In this document: one piece after another, positions 27,731-38,378 of the stretch
Position numbering within the stretch: position 1 is the first letter of the stretch
Layout of the letters: every line of letters begins with the position of its first letter
Sequence record: SRR16203515_2613
Length of the DNA: 54,506 nt
Direction: 5' to 3' (one strand)
The notes under the pieces: generated by a model
Seen by the model: only the letters and a program-made list of their open reading frames with translations
Databases searched by the model: none
Told to the model about the DNA's origin: nothing
Position numbers and translations under genes: made by a program

Positions 27731-28861
27731 ATGGGATTACATAAAGAACTAGACGGTTTGCTTGTGGTCTCGATGGATCAAGCAGTGGCGGCACCCTATT
27801 GTGCATTGATGCTGGCAGATGCCGGCGCTCGCGTAATAAAAGTTGAACGCAAAGAAGGGGACTTCGCGAGAGGATATGACAAGGGCGCTGACGGCAAGAG
27901 CGTTTTTTTCTCTTGGCTCAATCGCGGCAAGGAATCAATCTGTGTCGATATTAAAGACGCTAACGACGAACAGTTGCTACGTTCGATGTTAAGCCGTGCC
28001 GACGTATTTCTGCACAACCTTGCACCCGGTGCATTAGTCAGGCGAGGGTTTGGTGGAGACGTTTTGCGTGAGACGAACCCTGGTCTTATTACCTGTGAGA
28101 TTAACGGCTACGGCACGACCGGGGATTGGGCGCGAAAAAAAGCCTATGACGCCTTAGTGCAGGCGGAAAGCGGTATTTTTTCTGTTAACGGAACCCATGA
28201 GCATCCCTCTCGAGTCGGGATTTCAATTTGTGACATCTCGTCTGGGCAGACGGCTTTTTCTACGATTCTTCGTGCGCTAATACAACGAGGTGTTACAGGA
28301 GTTGGAATTGATATTTCAATATCAATGTTCGATGTGATGGCGGACTACATGAATTTTCCGTTGCTGTCACACCGCTATCTGGGTCAGGCGCCCGGACGAA
28401 TGGGCATTACCCATCCCCTAATTGCACCATATGGGGCTTACCCGGCTAAAGGCGGCCAGCAAGTGATGATTTCGATTCAAAGTGATCGAGAGTGGCAGCA
28501 TTTTTGCGCTCTGGTATTGAATCAGCCTGAGCTTGGTAAAGATTCACGCTTTGCAGACAATACACATCGCGTAAAGAATCGCAATGAAATGGATAAAGCG
28601 ATCAATTCAACTTTCAGCGTCCACGATATTGATGAGCTGATTAGCATTCTTGATCAAGCGAAGATTGCAAACAGTCGACTCAGTAGTGTTTCTGATCTTT
28701 CAGATCATGAGTTGATTCGAAACGTAGTAGCTGATTTCGATGGCACTGAAGTCAGTATGGCAGATCTCCCTGTTGAGACTGATGCCGATCGGCCTAGAGT
28801 GGTCCCCACTTTGGATCAACATGGGCCAGCAATTAGATCCGAATTTTCCCCAGAGCATTAG
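27731..28861 (+). CDS. CaiB/BaiF family (class III) CoA-transferase
   Basis: QAVAAPYC..LADAGARVIKVER..GDFARGYD, WLNRGKES, KAYD..VQAESG, IAPYG. Confidence 0.9.
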   Translation: MGLHKELDGLLVVSMDQAVAAPYCALMLADAGARVIKVERKEGDFARGYDKGADGKSVFFSWLNRGKESICVDIKDANDEQLLRSMLSRADVFLHNLAPGALVRRGFGGDVLRETNPGLITCEINGYGTTGDWARKKAYDALVQAESGIFSVNGTHEHPSRVGISICDISSGQTAFSTILRALIQRGVTGVGIDISISMFDVMADYMNFPLLSHRYLGQAPGRMGITHPLIAPYGAYPAKGGQQVMISIQSDREWQHFCALVLNQPELGKDSRFADNTHRVKNRNEMDKAINSTFSVHDIDELISILDQAKIANSRLSSVSDLSDHELIRNVVADFDGTEVSMADLPVETDADRPRVVPTLDQHGPAIRSEFSPEH

Positions 28862-28870
28862 AAATCGAAT

Positions 28871-30043
28871 ATGAGTATAAAACCGCCTACCTATAGCCTT
28901 GATCACCCCGAGATAAGAGAGAGCGTTTCACGTCTTTGTGCTGATTTTCCCGGAGAATACTGGCGGCGATGTGACCGAGAACAGGCTTACCCCAGTGAGT
29001 TCGTGCAAGCACTGACAGCTGCCGGTTTTCTGAGCGCTTTGATCCCCGAGCAATACGAGGGTTCAGGGTTGCCGCTTTCAGCAGGCGCCGCGATTTTGGA
29101 AGAAATCCACCGTTCGGGGGGCAACGCGGGTGCTTGTCATGCGCAGATGTATACGATGGGCACCTTGCTGCGTCACGGCTCTGAGACCCAAAAAGAAACT
29201 TATCTGCCAGCAATCGCCCGGGGAGAGCTTCGACTTCAGGCTTTTGGGGTGACAGAGCCTACCAGTGGTACCGATACATCGTCATTAAGAACAACAGCGC
29301 GTCTGGACGGCGATCATTTTGTTGTCAATGGCCAAAAAATCTGGACGTCACGATCTGAGTATTCAGATTTAATGATTCTGTTGTGTCGGACTACGCCTCA
29401 AGATAAAAGTCAGAAGAAGACGGATGGGCTTTCTGTGCTACTGGTCGATATGCGCGAGGCAAGGGATAAGACGCTGACGATCCGCCCGATTCGCACAATG
29501 ATGAATCATGCGACGACCGAGATCTTTTTTGATGATATGCGGGTGCCAGCCCATCATCTGATTGGTGAAGAAGGAAAAGGTTTTAGATACATTCTCTCCG
29601 GCATGAATGCTGAGCGGATTCTGATCGCAGCGGAATGTATTGGCGATGCAAAGTGGTTTATTGAGAAAGCAACAGCGTATGCGGCTGAACGTTCAGTTTT
29701 TGGTCGGCCGATTGGCCAGAATCAGGGCGTTCAGTTTCCGATCGCGCGAGCATATGCCCAGATGCGGGCGGCGGAGCTCGTTCTGCGTGAAGCGATACAA
29801 CTCTATGATGCAGGTGAGAATCCGGGCGAAGAGGCGAACTTGGCCAAAATGCTCGCAGCCGAAGCATCCTGGGCGGCAGCGGAGATGTGTGTCCAGACTC
29901 ACGGCGGATTTGGTTTTGCAGAGGAGTATGACGTTGAGCGAAAATTCCGCGAAACACGACTTTATCAAGTGGCCCCAATCTCTACGAATCTGATCCTAAG
30001 CTACGTTGGCGAGCATGTGCTGGGTTTGCCACGGTCGTACTAA
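28871..30043 (+). CDS. Acyl-CoA dehydrogenase family protein
   Basis: FGVTEPTSGTD, NGQKIW, FGRPIGQNQGVQF, QTHGGFGFAEEYDVERKFRE. Confidence 0.92.
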   Translation: MSIKPPTYSLDHPEIRESVSRLCADFPGEYWRRCDREQAYPSEFVQALTAAGFLSALIPEQYEGSGLPLSAGAAILEEIHRSGGNAGACHAQMYTMGTLLRHGSETQKETYLPAIARGELRLQAFGVTEPTSGTDTSSLRTTARLDGDHFVVNGQKIWTSRSEYSDLMILLCRTTPQDKSQKKTDGLSVLLVDMREARDKTLTIRPIRTMMNHATTEIFFDDMRVPAHHLIGEEGKGFRYILSGMNAERILIAAECIGDAKWFIEKATAYAAERSVFGRPIGQNQGVQFPIARAYAQMRAAELVLREAIQLYDAGENPGEEANLAKMLAAEASWAAAEMCVQTHGGFGFAEEYDVERKFRETRLYQVAPISTNLILSYVGEHVLGLPRSY

Positions 30044-30061
30044 CTGTAATAAGAACTAAGC

Positions 30062-30928
30062 ATGACAGAAGAATACAACCAGAGTGCGCAGTCTCGCCGA
30101 AGTTTTATTTTTGCTCCCGGGTTGAGGCCAGAGTTGTATCCAAAGGCCTTGGCGAGCGGTGCTGATATTGTGTGTGTGGAACTCGAAGACGGGATCGCAC
30201 CGCATGATAAGGATGAAGCGCGGGAAAAGACCCTGGCGCTTTTTGCTGAACCGCAGGCCAATGACGGAGTCGAGCGGATTGTTCGTATTAATTGTCTGCG
30301 GTCAGTTGTCGGGCTGGACGATGTTAAGGCAATTCTTGCGACAGAAACGCCGCCGCCGGCATTGATGCTACCGAAGGTGGTTTCTCCGGATGAAGTGGTT
30401 TGGCTTGATGATCTGCTTACTGAGCGTGGTCACGATACCCGTCTGCATATCATCATTGAGATGAATGCCGGTCTCGAAGCCGTTTTTGACATTGCCCGAT
30501 CGAGTTCTCGTATCGATGCGCTGTTCTTTGGTGGAGTGGATATGGCGGCAGATCTGAGATGCAAGAATGCTTGGGAGCCGTTGCTCTATGCGCGATCCCG
30601 GGTTGTGCATGCCGCCGCCAGTGTCGGCGTGGATGCCGTGGATGTGCCTTATTTGGATCTTGAAGATTTGGAGGGCATGAAGATCCAGGCTCGCCAGGCC
30701 AGAGATCTCGGTTTTAGCGGTAAGGGAGCCATTCATCCTAAACAGATTGCTGATCTTAATGAGGTGTTCACGCCCTCGGCAGAGGAGGTCGCCCGGGCTC
30801 GTAAAGTCGTTACTGCTTTTGAGGAGGCCAACACCGGACTCGTAGTCGTGGATGGAAAGCTAATTGAAAAGCCGGTGGTCCGGGAGATGCAGCGAATTCT
30901 CTCCGTGGCGGATCGTGCCGGGGTCTAG
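30062..30928 (+). CDS. CitE/HpcH-HpaI family CoA-ester lyase (citramalyl/malyl-CoA lyase-like)
   Basis: RRS.IFAPG, SGADIVCVELEDG, VRIN, GGVDMAADL, GKGAIHPKQ, VDGKLIEKP. Confidence 0.88.
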   Translation: MTEEYNQSAQSRRSFIFAPGLRPELYPKALASGADIVCVELEDGIAPHDKDEAREKTLALFAEPQANDGVERIVRINCLRSVVGLDDVKAILATETPPPALMLPKVVSPDEVVWLDDLLTERGHDTRLHIIIEMNAGLEAVFDIARSSSRIDALFFGGVDMAADLRCKNAWEPLLYARSRVVHAAASVGVDAVDVPYLDLEDLEGMKIQARQARDLGFSGKGAIHPKQIADLNEVFTPSAEEVARARKVVTAFEEANTGLVVVDGKLIEKPVVREMQRILSVADRAGV

Positions 30929-30946
30929 ATTGTTAAAACCACGCGC

Positions 30947-31891
30947 TTAACTGAAACACGCGTTGAGCGCGTCAGCGCCATCACGCAGTGCTTCGGTGGC
31001 CTGATTGAGCATACGGCTGTAATGGATAAAACTATGCAGCACCCCCGGATAGATTTTCAAAGTCGCTGGCCGACCCTCTCTTTCCATGGCCTTGTAAAGC
31101 GCTATCGAATCATCCTGTAGCGGGTCGCATTCGGCCGCTGCGATGAAGGCGCGTGGTAGTAAGCCGATGCCTCCTTTTAAAACATTGAATCGAGGATCAT
31201 TTCTGTCGTGGGCGTCGCCCAGGTAACTCGTCAGGTAGAACTCTTTTTCCTCGCGGGTAAATTCGAACTCCGCGTTGCCGTACTGCTGCCAGGATGCTGA
31301 CTCGGTTAGGCCGTACGCGCCGTAGTAAAGGAGCAGGAACTGAATCAGTCCAGGACTTTGCTGGTGACAGAGTTGGGTGACCGAAACCGCCAGGTTTGCA
31401 CCAGCAGAATCTCCCCCAATTCCCAGCTGGGTGCTATCAAGTCCGTGATCTGGACCGTGAGCCTGTAACCAGTCGAGCACGGCTCGCACTTCATTGATCG
31501 CCACTGGAAACTTGTATTCGGGTGAGAGTGCATAGTCGACGCCAACAACCCGAGCGCCAGAGAAGTCAGCCAGCAGCCGCATCACCCGGTCATGGGTTTC
31601 AAGATTCCCGAGGATCCAGCCGCCACCATGAAGGTATAAAAGAGTGGGTCCCTGATCTAGATCACTTGGCTTGTAAACACGTATCGGTATATCCCGTACC
31701 GGTCCCGCAACGTGTGTGTTTATTACATCATGCATCTCAGGCTTGAGTTCGTTCCACCAGGCGCGCTCGGCGTTATACGCATCTCGAACTCCGTTGAGAG
31801 TGAGGTCTGCTACGTCACTCGCCCCGTCAGTTAGCGTCGCGCGTTTTTTCATGACCGCGATCATCTGGGGATCCAGTGTCACGTGGGTCAA
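30947..31891 (-). CDS. Alpha/beta hydrolase, HSL/Aes acetyl esterase family
   Basis: HGGGW oxyanion motif, GDSAG nucleophile, DPL, GVLHSF. TTG start overlaps the GcvT-family stop. Confidence 0.88.
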   Translation of the reverse strand: MTHVTLDPQMIAVMKKRATLTDGASDVADLTLNGVRDAYNAERAWWNELKPEMHDVINTHVAGPVRDIPIRVYKPSDLDQGPTLLYLHGGGWILGNLETHDRVMRLLADFSGARVVGVDYALSPEYKFPVAINEVRAVLDWLQAHGPDHGLDSTQLGIGGDSAGANLAVSVTQLCHQQSPGLIQFLLLYYGAYGLTESASWQQYGNAEFEFTREEKEFYLTSYLGDAHDRNDPRFNVLKGGIGLLPRAFIAAAECDPLQDDSIALYKAMEREGRPATLKIYPGVLHSFIHYSRMLNQATEALRDGADALNACFS

Positions 31892-34332
31892 CCTTTTATT
31901 CGCGAGGATGCGGGGTCATAGAGCGGCTCCAGGTGAAGTGAGCAGGGTACTCGGGTGCCGGCGATCTCCAGACTGTAAGCGCCACGCTCAAGATATTCTC
32001 GATCGACGCCGTCGGCATTCCGTACATAACCATAACCAATTGGGCGACCGATCGTGTGTCCAAAACCTGCGCTTGTCAGCCAGCCAACGCGCTGATCATC
32101 TCTGAAAATGGTCTCGCGTCCAATCAGATTGATGTTCGAATCGTCTGTTGTAAAACAGGCGAGTTGTTTCTTTACCCCCTCACGTTTCTGTTGCAAGAGA
32201 GCTTCCTTGCCCAGGAAGTCCGTTTTGCCCGTCAGTTTGACCGCCCAGCCCAACCCGGCTTCTAAAGGGGTATGGTCTGGCGAGAGATCTGACCCCCACG
32301 CCCGGTAGCCTTTCTCAAGTCTCAGGCTTTCAATAGCACGGTATCCGGCGTTGCGGATGCCGAGGTCAGCTCCCGAGGTTATCAGCGCCCGATAAACATC
32401 GAGTGCGTGATCAATCGGAATATGCAATTCGTAACCGAGCTCGCCTACATAAGTGAGTCGAACTGCCGTGATGACAGATGACGTTACTTGCAGTTGTCGT
32501 GAGGCGGCAAAGGGCAGGGCAGTATCGTCTACATTCTCCGAAGCGACACGGGCCAGCAGTTCACGAGATCGCGGGCCCATGACGGATAAAACCGCGAAAC
32601 GGTCAGTTTGATCTGTAATCCTGACATCAAGGTGCTCTGGTAGGCTGCGCTGGATCCAGTGATAGTCATGAGTAACAAATCCAGTGCCGGTGACAAGATA
32701 AAAACGATCCGGGGCCAGCCGAGTTACGGTCAGATCGCTTTCAATACCGCCGCGGCTGTTGAGAAGCTGGGTATAGATCACCGATCCCACTGGCCGATCA
32801 ATGCGGTTAGCGCAGATCCACTCTAAAGCCCGGGCACTGTCCGCTCCCTCGACGATGAACTTGCCAAATGAGGTTTGATCAAAAACTGCAACTGCTTCGC
32901 GCGCCGCCCGGTGTTCATCGCCGGAGTAACGAACCCAATTTTGTTCACCAAAACTGTACTCGTCCTCAGGCGTTACACCCTCGGGCGCAAACCAGTTTGG
33001 CCGCTCCCAGCCGAGTTTTTCTCCAAAGCATGCGCCCTGGGTTTTAAGTTCTTCATATAAAGGGGAACAGCGGAAGGGTCGACCGGACTGATGTTCCTCA
33101 TGCGGCCACGCCATGGTGTAGTGCTTGCCGTACATTTCATGGGTGCGCTCACGAACCCATTCGATCTCGGAATGAGGTTTGCCAAAGCGGCGGATATCGA
33201 CGGGCCAAAGATCAAAAGGAGGTTCACCTCCCGCAATCCACTGGGCCAGCGCCTGCCCAGCGCCACCTCCAGCCGCAATGCCAAAAGCATTAAAGCCTGC
33301 AGCGACATAAAAGCCAGTAAGTTCCGGCGCCTCACCCAGGATAAAGTTGCCATCAGGCGTAAAACTCTCAGGGCCATTGAGCAGCTCCTTGATACCGGCA
33401 TGGGCAAGGGCGGGAACCCGCGGTAGCGCCTGTACCATCAGTTGCTCAAAATGATCCCAGTCTGAGTCCAGCAGTGAAAACGCAAAATTTTCCGGAAAGC
33501 CCGCTTGTGCCCAGCCCACCGGGTTGGGTTCGTAGCCACCCATGACAAGGCCGCCGACTTCCTCTTTGAAGTACGTTAAACGATCAGGATCCCTCAGTGT
33601 GGGAAGATCGGACGTGACACCATCGATAGTCTCGGTAATAAGGTACTGATGCTGCACAGAGACCAATGGCACATTAACCCCTGCCAACTGACCGACTTTC
33701 CGTGCCCATTGCCCGGCACAGTTGACCAGAATTTCGCAATCCACAGGACCCGAAGAAGTGTCGATACCGGTTACGCGGCCGTTTTCAGATCGCACACCAG
33801 TCACTTGGATGTTTTCAAGAATCGTTACGCCGTGATTGCGGGCACCTTTTGCAAGTGCTTGGGTAATGTCGGACGGACTCGCTTGGCCGTCTGAAGGCAA
33901 AAATGCTGCGCCCAGGACATCACCAGTATCCATCAGCGGCCATAGATCTTTTGCTTCAGATGGCGTCAGAAGATGCATTTCAAGGCCGAAACTGCGTGCG
34001 GTTGTTGCCTGGCGTGCAATCTCGGTCATTCTGGATTCATTGCAAGCAAGACGCAGACCGCCATTCATCTTCCAGCCGGTAGATAGTCCTGTTTCGGCCT
34101 CCAGCCGGTCGTACAGGGCGACAGAGTTGCCCAGTAATTGCGTAATGCCGGCTTGTGAACGCAGTTGGCCCACTAATCCGGCTGCGTGCCAAGTACTGCC
34201 GCTGGTCAATTGGTGTCGTTCCAGCAGCAGTACATCTTTGTACCCCAGTTGGGCCAGGTGATACGCTGTCGAGCATCCGGCGATTCCGCCACCGATGATT
34301 ACGACCTGGGCGTGTCGCGGCAGGGTTGTCAT
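31888..34332 (-). CDS. FAD-dependent GcvT-family amine dehydrogenase (dimethylglycine/sarcosine dehydrogenase-like)
   Basis: IIGGGIAG, GSTWHAAG, GPESFTPDG, GWERP.WF, YVGELGYEL, LRLEKGY, C-terminal THF-binding domain. Start at ATG 34332. Confidence 0.92.
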   Translation of the reverse strand: MTTLPRHAQVVIIGGGIAGCSTAYHLAQLGYKDVLLLERHQLTSGSTWHAAGLVGQLRSQAGITQLLGNSVALYDRLEAETGLSTGWKMNGGLRLACNESRMTEIARQATTARSFGLEMHLLTPSEAKDLWPLMDTGDVLGAAFLPSDGQASPSDITQALAKGARNHGVTILENIQVTGVRSENGRVTGIDTSSGPVDCEILVNCAGQWARKVGQLAGVNVPLVSVQHQYLITETIDGVTSDLPTLRDPDRLTYFKEEVGGLVMGGYEPNPVGWAQAGFPENFAFSLLDSDWDHFEQLMVQALPRVPALAHAGIKELLNGPESFTPDGNFILGEAPELTGFYVAAGFNAFGIAAGGGAGQALAQWIAGGEPPFDLWPVDIRRFGKPHSEIEWVRERTHEMYGKHYTMAWPHEEHQSGRPFRCSPLYEELKTQGACFGEKLGWERPNWFAPEGVTPEDEYSFGEQNWVRYSGDEHRAAREAVAVFDQTSFGKFIVEGADSARALEWICANRIDRPVGSVIYTQLLNSRGGIESDLTVTRLAPDRFYLVTGTGFVTHDYHWIQRSLPEHLDVRITDQTDRFAVLSVMGPRSRELLARVASENVDDTALPFAASRQLQVTSSVITAVRLTYVGELGYELHIPIDHALDVYRALITSGADLGIRNAGYRAIESLRLEKGYRAWGSDLSPDHTPLEAGLGWAVKLTGKTDFLGKEALLQQKREGVKKQLACFTTDDSNINLIGRETIFRDDQRVGWLTSAGFGHTIGRPIGYGYVRNADGVDREYLERGAYSLEIAGTRVPCSLHLEPLYDPASSRIKG

Positions 34333-34381
34333 ATTGATAGTCTTCCTCGGGAATTTGTGGTGTGGTCGTCTTTGAATACTT

Positions 34382-35257
34382 TCAGACGGAAAAAGAATTC
34401 CATTGCTGGTCAAACCGCTCCAGGTTTTCACGGGTGTAGTCTACAAAGTCGAAATCGAGTTGGGAGTGAATTTCGGACACCATGCTCCAAAGTGTTTCTC
34501 TCAGTAATGACGCACACTTCATCGCCTCAAATCCATGTCGAGTTTGATCAGAAATGGGACCGTTAAAGTAGCGTTGTAGGAGCCAATCCTCCTGATTTCG
34601 GGTGAGACCATTATTCGATGCCAGATTGGCGAGATCAAAAAGTGGACTGTTGTAGCCAGCGTAGTCCCAGTCAATGAGCCAGAGCCGGTTGCCATCGTCG
34701 ATAAAGTTAGCAGCCAGAAGGTCATTATGTCCGTAGACGATATCAACCGATCCGACGGCCGCCTCAAGAACCGCACCTTTTTCCTGTAGCGCGGGTAGCA
34801 TGTCGCTCAAGCGACTCCCATCATTTCGGAGTGTCCCTAGGTAATCGCGGATGACGTGAAAGACCCAGAAGATAAGAGCCGGACCCCGCATCTGTTGGGC
34901 CAGTTCCCGATGACAGGTGTGCAGCATCGGTAAGATTCGCTCAAGATATACATCCTGCCTGATTTCTGCCTCAGTGAGGGTCTTGCCTTCGATGAAATTA
35001 AGGATCAGCACTCCTGGCGCGTGGTATGCCACGTCGGGGGAAAGACCGACTTTGGCTGCTGCGATACTGGCCTCAAGCTCGTTAAATCGCATAACGCCGT
35101 GGAGCGGAATATCGTTACCCATGCGGACAAAGAATTTTTGACCTTGGTTGGTTACAACGAAATTCTGGTTGGTGATGCCGCCCTCGATGGGTTCAAGCGT
35201 GATACCCCCTTTCCAGAAGTCCAGTTCCCGTATTTGTTGTTCAAGTGTTTTACGCAT
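34382..35257 (-). CDS. Choline/ethanolamine kinase family phosphotransferase
   Basis: GGITNQN, Brenner motif HNDLLAAN, LIDWDYAG...PLFDLA. Confidence 0.9.
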   Translation of the reverse strand: MRKTLEQQIRELDFWKGGITLEPIEGGITNQNFVVTNQGQKFFVRMGNDIPLHGVMRFNELEASIAAAKVGLSPDVAYHAPGVLILNFIEGKTLTEAEIRQDVYLERILPMLHTCHRELAQQMRGPALIFWVFHVIRDYLGTLRNDGSRLSDMLPALQEKGAVLEAAVGSVDIVYGHNDLLAANFIDDGNRLWLIDWDYAGYNSPLFDLANLASNNGLTRNQEDWLLQRYFNGPISDQTRHGFEAMKCASLLRETLWSMVSEIHSQLDFDFVDYTRENLERFDQQWNSFSV

Positions 35258-35277
35258 AGCAAGGATTCACGGTTGTT

Positions 35278-37281
35278 TTAAGACTGAAGCCCAAACTCCA
35301 TTCTCTTTCTTTGTGCCCACCGATTGATCAGGCGGTCAGCCACGATGGCAATACAGGCAACGCCGATGCCGGCAATAATGCCCCGACCTGTATCTGCTTT
35401 GGTCAGGGCGATATAGACCTCTTGTCCAAGGTCCCGGGTTCCCACCAATGCCGTGATCACCAGCATGGAAAGCGCCATCATGATTGTCTGGTTTATTCCG
35501 AGCATGATCTGAGGCAAAGCAATGGGAAGTTCGATGCGCCATCGGATTTGAGTCCGGGTACAGCCGATTGCTCGCGCCGCTTCAATCAGATGCGTGGGAA
35601 CTTGCTCAATTCCGAGGATGGTATAGCGGATAGCAGGTGCAAGAGAGTAGGCAATCACAGCCAGCATCGCTGCAAAATCGCCAACCCGAAACAACATGAC
35701 GACCGGTATCAGGTAGACGAACGACGGCAGGGTTTGTAGCGTGTCAATAAGGGCTTGAGTTACGCGGTTTAGTTTTGAGTGGGAAGCGGCTAGGATGCCT
35801 GCCGGAATACCGATACAAGCCGCAAACAGAACCGAAACGCCGCAAAGATAGACCGTGATCATGGCTTTCGTCCATAGCCCGGTCACCGCTATGAATAAAC
35901 TGAGCACGGTGGTCAGCGCGGCTAGCCGTAACCCCCCTAGCCGAAAACTGACCAAAGCAATCAGTGCGACCACAACGCTCCACGGAGTGTTCAGCAGGAA
36001 GCGTTTGACCGGGATCATGATGTGAATCAACACGAAGGTTTTAACGGCTTCAAGTTGATCGAAAAAATTAATGTTGATCCACTTAACTGCTGCATCCCAG
36101 AAATGACTTGTTGTGACCTGAAGTGACTCTGGAAAAATAGCGAGCGCCGGGAAAAAATGAGCGGCTAGCCAGGAGACAATAAGAATCAGAATGATCAGCG
36201 CGCCAAAACGGGGGCCCGTTAGGAATTCGGAACTGTCCGCCCGTGCGGATTTTGTCGAGCGACTGTTGTATGCCTGTCCTAATCGGTCCAAGGCGATGGC
36301 GAGTAGCGTTATCGCAAGACCGGCTTCAAGGCCATCACCGATCGCGAGCCTGCGAAGAGAGCTGAGGACATCAAAACCAAGGCCTCCTGCGCCGATCATT
36401 GACGCGATGATCACCATGTTCAATGAAAGCATGATGACCTGATTGATGCCGACCATGAGGGAATTTCGTGCAACAGGAACTTGAATTTTGCGGAGCAGTT
36501 GCCGTCGGCTGCAGCCAGCCATGTCACCGTACTCAATCAATTCTTCGGGTATCTGGCGGAGCGACAGGATCGTTACTCTAACCATTGGAGGTGTTGCGTA
36601 GATCATCGTGGCAATCATTGCCGCAACCGGTCCAAAGCCGAAAAGAAATAGAACCGGTACCAGATATGCAAATACAGGGACCGTTTGCATAAGATCAAGT
36701 ACCGGGGAGAGCATGCGCTCCAGAAGGGGGTGGCGGTAGGCGGTGATACCGAGCGCAAAACCTATTCCTACACCTAGCGGAACAGCAATAATGATTGAAC
36801 TCAAAGTCACCATGGCGCTTTGCCACTGACCAAAAATAACAAGGTAGAAAAAGCAGCCCGTGACAAGGAGGGTCAGGCGAATTCCGGAAAGCTGGAATGC
36901 GAGCAGACCGACAATGCTTACAATGGCAATCCAGGGTGCCGGCGGTAGGATAATAGGCGCCCCCGGTTCGGTCGAGAAAGTAAAACCGGTGGCAAGGAAG
37001 CTGTTGGCAATCGATAACGGCCACTCGAGCACCCATGCTATTGAGCGAGTAAGCTCCTTAAAGGTAAAAAGACCAAGGTCAAAATCTTTGATCAGCCATT
37101 GCATAAGATCGCTGATCCAGAATCTAAGCGGAATGATCCAGTCTTTAGGGTACTTCACTAAAAAGGGCGTGAGTTCCTTGTTTAGATATAACAGAATGCC
37201 GAGACAAAAAATGACGGTTAACGAAAGCCAGAGCCCCCAGCGGAATTTGACGGGAGCCTCGGGAATCGGGATTGATTGCAT
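35278..37281 (-). CDS. ABC transporter permease, ProW-like with two fused TM domains
   Basis: Two QT.P.F.YL.P motifs, each followed by GINQ.IM..LSM. Confidence 0.92.
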   Translation of the reverse strand: MQSIPIPEAPVKFRWGLWLSLTVIFCLGILLYLNKELTPFLVKYPKDWIIPLRFWISDLMQWLIKDFDLGLFTFKELTRSIAWVLEWPLSIANSFLATGFTFSTEPGAPIILPPAPWIAIVSIVGLLAFQLSGIRLTLLVTGCFFYLVIFGQWQSAMVTLSSIIIAVPLGVGIGFALGITAYRHPLLERMLSPVLDLMQTVPVFAYLVPVLFLFGFGPVAAMIATMIYATPPMVRVTILSLRQIPEELIEYGDMAGCSRRQLLRKIQVPVARNSLMVGINQVIMLSLNMVIIASMIGAGGLGFDVLSSLRRLAIGDGLEAGLAITLLAIALDRLGQAYNSRSTKSARADSSEFLTGPRFGALIILILIVSWLAAHFFPALAIFPESLQVTTSHFWDAAVKWININFFDQLEAVKTFVLIHIMIPVKRFLLNTPWSVVVALIALVSFRLGGLRLAALTTVLSLFIAVTGLWTKAMITVYLCGVSVLFAACIGIPAGILAASHSKLNRVTQALIDTLQTLPSFVYLIPVVMLFRVGDFAAMLAVIAYSLAPAIRYTILGIEQVPTHLIEAARAIGCTRTQIRWRIELPIALPQIMLGINQTIMMALSMLVITALVGTRDLGQEVYIALTKADTGRGIIAGIGVACIAIVADRLINRWAQRKRMEFGLQS

Positions 37282-37283
37282 TG

Positions 37284-38330
37284 TCAGTACGAGCCGGCAG
37301 GCTCTCTGCCTACGAGCACATTCAGAACAGATTGTCGGTCAATCACTCCAATAACCGATCCGGTGTCGTTAATCACACCGATCGGGTCTTCAGAATGGAC
37401 TGCCTGATCTGCAAATTCCTGAACTTTAGCGTCGTGTCTTTGCAACTCCCGAAGCGTGTCTTTCTCGTTTGATGCCAGAGGTCTCATGACCATCCGGGCT
37501 GAGAAGACTTTTGCGCGGGAAACATCCCGCGTAAATTCAGCGACATACTCTGTCGCGGGGTTGATAATGAGGTCTTCAGGTGTCCCGATCTGAATGACAG
37601 CCCCATCCTTCATGATTGCGATCCTGTCAGCTAATCGGATAGCTTCATCAAAATCATGGGTGATAAATACGATTGTTTTTTTCAGAATGTCCTGCAACTT
37701 TAGAAACTCGTCCTGCATTTCCCGCCGGATGAGCGGATCCAACGCTGAAAATGGCTCGTCAAGAAACCAAATATCAGGCTCCACTGCCAGTGATCGCGCA
37801 ATACCGACACGCTGTTGCTGGCCGCCTGACAGTTCACGGGGATAGTAATCCTCCCGTCCAGACAAACCGACCAGAGAAATCATTTCGCGAGCTCTTTGTT
37901 CCCGGGTTTTCTTATCGATACCTTGAATCTCGAGGGGAAAGGCGACGTTTCCAAGGACTGACATATGGGGTAAGAGCGCAAAATGTTGAAATACCATACC
38001 CATCTTATGTCTACGAATCTGGATAAGTTCATCCTCGGAAGCCGAGAGAAGGTTCTGACCGGCGAACATGATCTCTCCAGCAGTGGGTTCGATCAGGCGA
38101 CTCATGCATCGGACTAGCGTTGATTTCCCGGAACCGGATAGCCCCATGATGACGAAAATCTCTCCATTGAAAATATCGAGCGTGACGTCACGAACGGCTG
38201 GAATCAGGCCAGCATCGTTTAATTCAGTGAGCGAAGGTGACCTGGAAGTTTTTTCCAGTAAGTGGGAAGCATCATCGCCAAAAATCTTCCAGATGTTTCG
38301 GAGTTGTAGCGCTGGTTTTACTTTCGACAT
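37284..38330 (-). CDS. Glycine betaine/proline-type ABC ATP-binding protein (ProV-like)
   Basis: GLSGSGKS, LSGGQQQRVG, DEPFSALDPLIR, CBS-like tail. Start placed at ATG 38330 because the track TTG at 38372 lies in the terminator tail. Confidence 0.9.
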   Translation of the reverse strand: MSKVKPALQLRNIWKIFGDDASHLLEKTSRSPSLTELNDAGLIPAVRDVTLDIFNGEIFVIMGLSGSGKSTLVRCMSRLIEPTAGEIMFAGQNLLSASEDELIQIRRHKMGMVFQHFALLPHMSVLGNVAFPLEIQGIDKKTREQRAREMISLVGLSGREDYYPRELSGGQQQRVGIARSLAVEPDIWFLDEPFSALDPLIRREMQDEFLKLQDILKKTIVFITHDFDEAIRLADRIAIMKDGAVIQIGTPEDLIINPATEYVAEFTRDVSRAKVFSARMVMRPLASNEKDTLRELQRHDAKVQEFADQAVHSEDPIGVINDTGSVIGVIDRQSVLNVLVGREPAGSY

Positions 38331-38378
38331 TCCGATTGCTGTACTTTGGTGATTTGTAAGATTGATAGACAAACAACA

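Noticed and set aside
28871-30043. Calling the ACAD dmdC
   Set aside because: At 390 aa it is much shorter than DmdC-type enzymes and appears to belong to a different ACAD subgroup.
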